Shown here: one piece after another, positions 58,244 to 64,000 of the stretch
Layout of the letters: every line of letters starts with the position of its first letter
Position numbering within the stretch: the stretch's first letter is position 1
Assembly: GCA_965243025.1 (NCBI GenBank)
Contig: CBDETY010000003.1
Coordinates: 2,528,001-2,592,000, forward strand
Source: Candidatus Latescibacterota bacterium
GTDB taxonomy: Bacteria > Latescibacterota > UBA2968 > UBA8231
Direction: 5' to 3'
Length of the DNA stretch: 64,000 nucleotides
The notes under the pieces: generated by a model
Told to the model about the DNA's origin: nothing
What the model saw: only the letters and a program-made list of their open reading frames with translations
The model's database searches: none
Program-made: the position numbers and the translations under genes

Positions 58244-58917
58244 GGCTTCCTCCGGGTCAGATCGATCTTCAAGTCCCGCCGGATGTAGATCTCGACGAAC
58301 TCCCGCAGCCAGACTTCCTTCGCAAGGGTGAACCGCTCGATCAGTCTCGGCTCGGGCCGGTCCGTGAGATAGACGATGCGCCACAGGTTGAGGGGTCGCA
58401 GTTCGTCACCATCGACCGAATGCTCTACGTGAAAGAGCGGCTGTTCTTCGCCCGCTCGAAGCAGGTTCCCGTCTCCGTCGAGGAGTTCCGCTGCCCCGAT
58501 GAAAGTGGCACTCTGCCGCGCCGGGTTGAGGAAGACCTGTTCCAGGACCAACCCGTGCTCCGACGGCTCTAGCCAGAGGCGCTGCCGCGAGCATCGCACG
58601 AAGGATTCGGCTCCGCCGGCCTCCCCCCGGCGGCGCCAGTAGCTGGAGCTTCCCTCCGATACGACAGAGGGTATGTAGAGGTCGGGCCGGAACGCCTTCT
58701 TCACCTCCATGTCCCACAGCATGGTCCGGGTGAACCTCAGCGGTTCGCCCGTGCGGTAATGCCCGGCGAGCACCCGGTTGACGTCGACCGGGGACAGCTC
58801 GATCCGGGTGTTGCCCGGTTCGGTCCAGGCCCGCTCGAACTCTTCCTCATGATTCAGCCGGGTGACCGGCTTCGCCGTCTCCTCCGGAGGGCCGGCATCT
58901 TCCGCTTCGCTTCTCAC
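58240..58917 (-). CDS. Hypothetical protein, possibly AtaL/DUF1857 (SRPBCC fold)-like
   Basis: FTRTMLWDMEVKKAFRPDLYIP resembles the DUF1857 N-terminal pattern. 4-bp overlaps with both neighbours. Confidence 0.6.
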   Translation of the reverse strand: MRSEAEDAGPPEETAKPVTRLNHEEEFERAWTEPGNTRIELSPVDVNRVLAGHYRTGEPLRFTRTMLWDMEVKKAFRPDLYIPSVVSEGSSSYWRRRGEAGGAESFVRCSRQRLWLEPSEHGLVLEQVFLNPARQSATFIGAAELLDGDGNLLRAGEEQPLFHVEHSVDGDELRPLNLWRIVYLTDRPEPRLIERFTLAKEVWLREFVEIYIRRDLKIDLTRRKP

Positions 58918-60689
58918 GACGCCCTCTCCCGGCTCTTCCCGTGGCCGGTCTCCGGGACTTTCACGTGGACGGTCACGATTTCCGTGTCGTGGAACTGCTG
59001 GTGGCGAACGGAGGAGGCGATGTGCCGCAACAGCCGCAGCGAGACCTCCCGCTCCATCAGCACGTCGTCAGGGGTCTCGGTGAGCAGTGCGATCCTGTTC
59101 TGAAGGTTCTCCTCGCCGGAGGCTGCGACGAACTCGAGGACGGCGCCGTCCGCTTCCTTGCGCGCCTGCAGCAGCAGGCGCCGCCGGTCGCGCTCTCCGT
59201 GGTCCTCCTCCTCGCCGATCAGCGTCAGAATCGTTTCCTCGGTGGCGGCGTCGAGGCGGTCGACCATGCCCGCCCCCCAGCCGCTGCGGGACGCGAAGGC
59301 AGCGAGAAACTCCCTGATTTTCGGCAGCACGGACAGGTCGAGCTCCCCTTCGATCCGGCTGCGGCGCGGGGCCGTCGCTTCCAGGAACAGGGTCATGAGG
59401 ATCGCCACGATGCCCCCGGCGGTTATGCCGTTCTTCAGCAGGCCGCCCGCAAGCTCCGAGAGAAGCCCGGGAAACAGCAGGTCGTTCTGGCAGCCGACGC
59501 CGACCCAGAAAGCGACGCCGCAGATCATTCCCTTGCGGTGATCGATGCCGCCCTGCACGACCTCCGTCATGCCGCGCACGAAGGTCATCGCCAATACGAC
59601 GGTCAGGTAGGCGACGATGACCGGGCTGGGTATCGCCAGGATCATGGCGAGGACCTTGGGCAGGAAGGCCACCGCCACCAGCACGCCGCCGGCGGCGATC
59701 CCGACGCGGCGTGCCGCCACCCCGGTCAGCTCGATCGTGGGGGCGCTGACCGCAATGGTCTGCGTCGGCACGATCGCCGCGAGGCCGGACAGCAGCTTGC
59801 CGATGCCGTCGGCGGCCACCGCGCCCTCCACCGAGCGGTAGTCCACGGCCCGCGGCCGGCGCCACGATACGCGCTGGATGGCGACGGCGCCGGTGATCGT
59901 CTGGATGGCGCCGATGAGGGACACGAACACGAAGGCCGGAAGAAGCCCGACGAAGGCCGGACCGAGATCGAGCCCGATTCCCGGCCAGCCGCCCTGCGGC
60001 AGACCGACCCACGGAGCCCGGGTCACCAGGTCGAAGTCATACAGACCCAGCGATCCGCCGATTGCCGAACCCGCGATGACCCCGGCGAGGGGAGCCCACA
60101 GACGCAACGTCGCCCCCGCCTTCAGGGAGATGCCGCTGATGACCAGAATCGTGGCTACAGCAGTGAACGCCGGACCGAGCGCCATGTCGTGCGGCGCGTC
60201 GGCCAGGCGGCTGAAAACGACGGGCAGCACGGTCGCCGGTACGAGCAGGTTCACGGTGCCGACGATGGTCGGCGTCAGAAGCCGCCTGAACAGGGCGAGG
60301 CGCATCGAAATCACGATCGGGACGAGCGACGAGGCGACGACCAGGGTCGCGAGCAGCGCCGGACCGCCCTGGTCGAGGGCACTGACGCAGACCCCGATGA
60401 AGGCCCCGGCGGGGCCCATGAACAGCAGATAGCCCGCTCCGACCCTGCCAAGCCGAAGCGCTTGCAGAGCCGTGCAGATGCCGCTGACGGCGACCGCGCC
60501 GAACACGGCCCAGGACAGGAAGGCGTCGGTTCCGCCGCCGGCCCGGATGACGATCGTGGGGATGAAGATGATGCTGGTTATGCCGAGAACAACCAGCTGC
60601 AGGCCGCAACCCAGAGACAGGAGCGGCGGAGGATTCTCGTCGGGTTCGTAGCGAATTCCGGAATCCGGTTGCTGGTCACGGCTGCTCAC
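58914..60689 (-). CDS. NCS2 (xanthine/uracil permease) family transporter fused to a degenerate RsbW-like HATPase domain
   Basis: IRYEPDENPP, multiple TM helices, AADG, ELTGVAARRVG, IPSPV, GITAGG; soluble ~150-aa C-terminal tail. Confidence 0.85.
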   Translation of the reverse strand: MSSRDQQPDSGIRYEPDENPPPLLSLGCGLQLVVLGITSIIFIPTIVIRAGGGTDAFLSWAVFGAVAVSGICTALQALRLGRVGAGYLLFMGPAGAFIGVCVSALDQGGPALLATLVVASSLVPIVISMRLALFRRLLTPTIVGTVNLLVPATVLPVVFSRLADAPHDMALGPAFTAVATILVISGISLKAGATLRLWAPLAGVIAGSAIGGSLGLYDFDLVTRAPWVGLPQGGWPGIGLDLGPAFVGLLPAFVFVSLIGAIQTITGAVAIQRVSWRRPRAVDYRSVEGAVAADGIGKLLSGLAAIVPTQTIAVSAPTIELTGVAARRVGIAAGGVLVAVAFLPKVLAMILAIPSPVIVAYLTVVLAMTFVRGMTEVVQGGIDHRKGMICGVAFWVGVGCQNDLLFPGLLSELAGGLLKNGITAGGIVAILMTLFLEATAPRRSRIEGELDLSVLPKIREFLAAFASRSGWGAGMVDRLDAATEETILTLIGEEEDHGERDRRRLLLQARKEADGAVLEFVAASGEENLQNRIALLTETPDDVLMEREVSLRLLRHIASSVRHQQFHDTEIVTVHVKVPETGHGKSRERAS

Positions 60690-60699
60690 AGCAGTGTTC

Positions 60700-60850
60700 C
60701 CTCCAGGGAAGGCGCGTCAACGCTCACGGCGCACGGCCCCGGCTGCGATGTCGGCCGGTTGCTGAGTCCACGTAGTTGCGTATGCGTCGGGGCGGCGAGC
60801 GGACTGAATCGAACGAACCCCGACGAACCAGCTTGCGCCTCACCTGGAGG
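60700..60850 (-). promoter_or_regulatory. Candidate structured 5' leader that sequesters the RBS
   Basis: CCUCCAGGUGAGGCGC pairs with GCGCCUUCCCUGGAGG (15/16 including one G-U), and the 3' arm contains the GGAGG SD. Internal hairpins present. Confidence 0.45.
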
Positions 60851-60972
60851 TGGTGTAACCGGTCCGTCGGGCGACTTCGGCACCGGGGATGCGACCGGCG
60901 ATCGACCACCCGGCAGGTTCACGCCGGCTGAGCCCGGCGGGGCCGACGAGGACCGCTGCAATCGCTGCAGTT

Positions 60973-61026
60973 CCCGCCGGTCACCCGGGGACAGAACGAT
61001 GGGACAATACCCCAGGGACCGGCGGG
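60973..61026. terminator. GC-rich hairpin downstream of the yciI-like gene
   Basis: CCCGCCGGTC ... GACCGGCGGG inverted repeat; no clear U-tract. Confidence 0.3.
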
Positions 61027-61046
61027 CAGGGTGATCCGCGGTCAGC

Positions 61047-61346
61047 TCAGCCGGGCCGCCCCGTCAACCAGTTCCATGGCCGAACGTGGGATTCCGCGAA
61101 GAGACCTGCCTGACCATAGGGGCTGTCGGCGACGAAGGCCCGGGCCGCCTCGAGTGAGGGAGCCTCGACCGCCAGGAGCAGGCCGTTGACGGATTCTCCG
61201 TCGTCGCCGAGAGTGGGGCCCCCGTGGTGAACGATCACGTCAGGATGATTGGCGTGATCTTGAAGATAGGCGGCGAATCCGTCACGGAGACGTAGCCGCT
61301 CCTGTGCCATTCCTTCTCTGTGAGTCGCGAAGACGGCGAAATACAT
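61047..61346 (-). CDS. YciI family protein
   Basis: MYFAVFA..., GGPTLGDDG..NG.L, ADSPY...GL, VRPW; 99 aa. RBS AGGAGGAG. Confidence 0.85.
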   Translation of the reverse strand: MYFAVFATHREGMAQERLRLRDGFAAYLQDHANHPDVIVHHGGPTLGDDGESVNGLLLAVEAPSLEAARAFVADSPYGQAGLFAESHVRPWNWLTGRPG

Positions 61347-61475
61347 GAAACGCTCCTCCTGCCAGTGGTGGGGGTTGCCCTGATTATGCCCCGGATTTCC
61401 CGCGGCAGTCAAGGAATCCCACCGGGCTCAGCAAGGAGGAACCGGTGTGGTTGAAGGGTGATCGCGCCCTGGCGC

Positions 61476-61639
61476 CAGTGCCTGCGCGCGTAATTTAGCG
61501 TACGAACGAGGGCGCCGATGCACGGTTCGCAAGGCGCCGCCTGAGCGAGTCTTACCGGGGGTGTACGGGGAGCGAAGGCAACGCCGTGAGTCGGGATGGA
61601 TCGGCGTTCCGATGGGGACATTTCTGCGACGGGACACTA
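61476..61639. mobile_element. MITE-like element, copy 3 (diverged or hybrid left end)
   Basis: Shares CTGAGCGAGTC..GTGTACGG.GAGCGAAGGCAACGCCGTGAG..GGGATGGATCGGCG and the right end TTTCTGCGACGGGACAC|TA; left ~50 bp differ. Confidence 0.7.
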
Positions 61640-61673
61640 TAAGCCGCGGGTCCGTGCCGCTGAAACCGTCCCT

Positions 61674-62543
61674 TCACGAAAGGGACCCCGGGTCCGTCCC
61701 CGAAGTCCCTGCCCCCCAGCGCGACAGGTACTCGGCCATCGCTTCCTGCAGGCCGGGATTGCCGTGCTTGACCGCGCCGTCGCGAACGATGGCGGCCTTG
61801 CGCACGAGGGTGTCGCGCGCAGCGGCCCGCTCTGCGGCCGTCAACGGCGCGGCCCCGTCCGCCAGCAGCCGGTCGAGAGCCCGGACGCGAAACCGGTCCA
61901 TGGCCGGGTGGGCCCGCGACAGCTGGTCCGGGTGACCCCCGTACTTGACGGTGAGCTTCTCCTCGAGATAGAGCACCTCGCAGCGGCAGGTCAGCCGCAG
62001 GAACAGCTCGTAATCCTCGCAGGCCGGCAGCGACTCGTCGAACAGGCCGATGGCGTCGAACACCGTGCGCCGCAGAAGGATGGAGGAAGGCGAGATGACG
62101 CACCGGGGCAGGGCGTGCAGGAAGATGCGGCCCCCGTGTTTGGCGTGGTGCTTGTGCGGGTTGACGCGCACGCCGTTGCGGATCCAGATCTCGTCGGTGT
62201 GGCAGACCGCCAGCCCGCTTTCCGCCAGCGCCGCCATCTGTTTCTCGAGCTTCCGCGGCTTCCACTCGTCGTCGGAATCGAGCAGGGCGATCCAGTCGCC
62301 GCGGGCTGCCTCGATTCCCGTGTTGCGCGCCGCCGACACCCCGGAGTTGACCCGCTGGCGCAGCAGCCGCACGGGCGCCCTGTCCCATGCGGACCGGAGG
62401 TACTCCAAGGTGCCGTCCGTCGAGGCGTCGTCGACGACGATCAGCTCCCAGTCGGTGAAGGTCTGGGCGGACACCGACTCCAGGGCCCTGGCCACGAGCT
62501 CCCTGCGGTTGTACACGGGCACGACGACGGAAACGGTGCTCAC
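61674..62543 (-). CDS. Glycosyltransferase family 2
   Basis: VSVVVPVYN, VDDASTD, SAARNTG, LDSDD, CEDYE. Confidence 0.93.
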   Translation of the reverse strand: MSTVSVVVPVYNRRELVARALESVSAQTFTDWELIVVDDASTDGTLEYLRSAWDRAPVRLLRQRVNSGVSAARNTGIEAARGDWIALLDSDDEWKPRKLEKQMAALAESGLAVCHTDEIWIRNGVRVNPHKHHAKHGGRIFLHALPRCVISPSSILLRRTVFDAIGLFDESLPACEDYELFLRLTCRCEVLYLEEKLTVKYGGHPDQLSRAHPAMDRFRVRALDRLLADGAAPLTAAERAAARDTLVRKAAIVRDGAVKHGNPGLQEAMAEYLSRWGAGTSGTDPGSLS

Positions 62544-62573
62544 TGTCCTGGCCGGGAGACGAGGGCGGACCGC

Positions 62574-63563
62574 TCAGTTGCCGGCGAACGCATCCCGTCC
62601 GGCGACCAGCGCCTCGATCTTGCGGTCGGCCACCGACCGCCTGAGCATCCACAGGCCGCAGTCCGGATTGACGAAGGCGATGCGCTCCTCGCCGAGGGCC
62701 CTGGCCGCTTCCTCGATGCGGGCGGCGATGAGGTCGGCGCTCTCGACCACCGTCGACTTGATGTCGACGACGCCGAGGCCGAAGCGGATTTTCGGGTCGA
62801 CCCGCCCGAGGTATGGGAGCTCGCGGTTGCCGCGGTGGGCGAGCTCGAGCAGCACGTGGTCGCAGCGCAGGCTGCTCAGGTAGTCGACGAGCCGCTCCCA
62901 GCTCCCCTTCTGGATCGACTGGCCGCCGTAGTTGCCGAAGCAGAGGTGCACCGCCGGCGTCCCGGGCACCGCGTCGAGGATGCGGTTGATCCCTTCGAGG
63001 GCCCACTTCCACTCCCCAGGATGACCCGGGAGGTTGGCCTCGTCGACCTGGACGACGTCGGCGTCGATCTCCGCCACTTGCGCGGCGAGGATGCCGGCAA
63101 GGGCGAGGCAGAGCTCCGGGGTCGAACCGTAATGGCGGTCGAGAAGGGTCTTGGCCAGCATGTGGGGGCCGGTCAGAGTGAACTTCAGGGGGCGGCGGGT
63201 GAGGCCGCGGGCGAGCCGGTAGTCGCCCGGCAGATCGAGGGTCCCCTCGGCGAGCGGGCCTTCGACGACGGCGCTCGGCCGGGCGCGAAAGGACATCCCC
63301 TCGTCGCGGCGGAACTCGGCGGCGTCGGCCCGGGTGATCTCGCTGCGCACGTTCTGCAAGGGGCGCACGAAGTACTCGATCATGCCGTTGGTTTCGGGGT
63401 GGTTGACGTCGAACCGGGAGAGCTCGCCGTCGGCGACGACGTCTATTCCGGCGTTCTCCTGCGTCTTGAGCACCACCGCCATGGCGTCGGCGAGCGCCTG
63501 CCTCGACGGCATCGCCGCCAGCCAGTCCGGGATCGGGTAACTGCCCACTACCGTCGTCTTCAC
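62574..63563 (-). CDS. Cobalamin-independent methionine synthase II (MetE C-terminal-like) family protein
   Basis: TTVVGSYP, DGE, TGP, QVDE, HLCFGN, NPDCG. GTG start. Confidence 0.9.
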   Translation of the reverse strand: MKTTVVGSYPIPDWLAAMPSRQALADAMAVVLKTQENAGIDVVADGELSRFDVNHPETNGMIEYFVRPLQNVRSEITRADAAEFRRDEGMSFRARPSAVVEGPLAEGTLDLPGDYRLARGLTRRPLKFTLTGPHMLAKTLLDRHYGSTPELCLALAGILAAQVAEIDADVVQVDEANLPGHPGEWKWALEGINRILDAVPGTPAVHLCFGNYGGQSIQKGSWERLVDYLSSLRCDHVLLELAHRGNRELPYLGRVDPKIRFGLGVVDIKSTVVESADLIAARIEEAARALGEERIAFVNPDCGLWMLRRSVADRKIEALVAGRDAFAGN

Positions 63564-64000
63564 GATCCGGTTTCCCCGCGGTTTCCGCCTTGCCCCGACG
63601 TCGAAGCACGCCTGTTCTCCGCCTCCTCCAGAGCATCGAAGAGGATGCCGGGAGTAATCACCTCGGGCAGCACCAGGGGGGCGTCGAGGCGGTTGCCGGG
63701 GAAGATCACGTAGAGCGGCACCCCTGAGCGCCCGAAGGCCCTCAACAGGCCGGTGATCTCCGGGTTGCGGTTCGTCCAGTCGGCGCGCACGAGGGCGACG
63801 TCGTGCCGCGAGAAGCGGTCGCCCACCTCCTCGGTGTCGAGCACCGCCCGTTTGTTGACCTTGCAGGTCCAGCACCACTCAGCGGTGAAATCGATGAAGA
63901 CGTGGCGGCCGGCGGCGACCTGGCGCTCGATCTCATCCTGCGAGAACGCGAGCCACCCGGACGATTCCCCCGCGGGCGCTTCCGACAGCTGCCGTTCAGC
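63560..64000 (-). CDS. dsbD: Protein-disulfide reductase DsbD-family, C-terminal thioredoxin domain (5' part outside the window)
   Basis: Hand translation: VFIDFTAEWCWTCKVNKRAVL...RADWTNRNPEI...GRSGVPLY...LPEVIT. Confidence 0.8.
   Translation of the reverse strand, partial: AERQLSEAPAGESSGWLAFSQDEIERQVAAGRHVFIDFTAEWCWTCKVNKRAVLDTEEVGDRFSRHDVALVRADWTNRNPEITGLLRAFGRSGVPLYVIFPGNRLDAPLVLPEVITPGILFDALEEAENRRASTSGQGGNRGETGS

Noticed and set aside
58941-63713. Long + strand ORFs (697 aa, 705 aa) and similar antisense ORFs throughout the window
   Set aside because: Shadow ORFs caused by scarce stop codons in high-GC DNA; they have no motifs, and the opposite strand carries recognisable genes.

Overview
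High-GC bacterial genomic DNA. The gene mix (many PhyH-type Fe/2OG dioxygenases, enolase-superfamily enzymes, PLP enzymes, sugar ABC importers, a FlgD-Ig-tailed secreted protein) resembles uncultured heterotrophs such as Latescibacterota/Gemmatimonadota-like sponge symbionts; that assignment is inference only. I call about 52 real CDS, one tRNA-Thr(UGU) and three copies of a ~162-bp TA-flanked, self-folding MITE-like repeat. I see no CRISPR array, rRNA, integrase or transposase. Most long ORFs in the six-frame track are antisense or shadow ORFs. The strongest candidate system is a compact, apparently less GC-rich operon nurA-herA-sbcD(mre11)-sbcC(rad50) at 23125-30321, a complete archaeal-style DNA end-resection module that may act in repair or defence. 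Other leads: (1) a yciI / NCS2-permease-HATPase-like fusion / AtaL-like / VOC / FAH cluster whose leader can fold over its own Shine-Dalgarno (riboswitch candidate); (2) a LysR-linked short archaeal-type PurA-like ligase; (3) a PhyH-type enzyme with HxG instead of HxD (halogenase-like); (4) a single-chain triple-RidA protein; (5) two paralogs of an uncharacterised enzyme family. All calls come from motif recognition by eye; no database searches were run.
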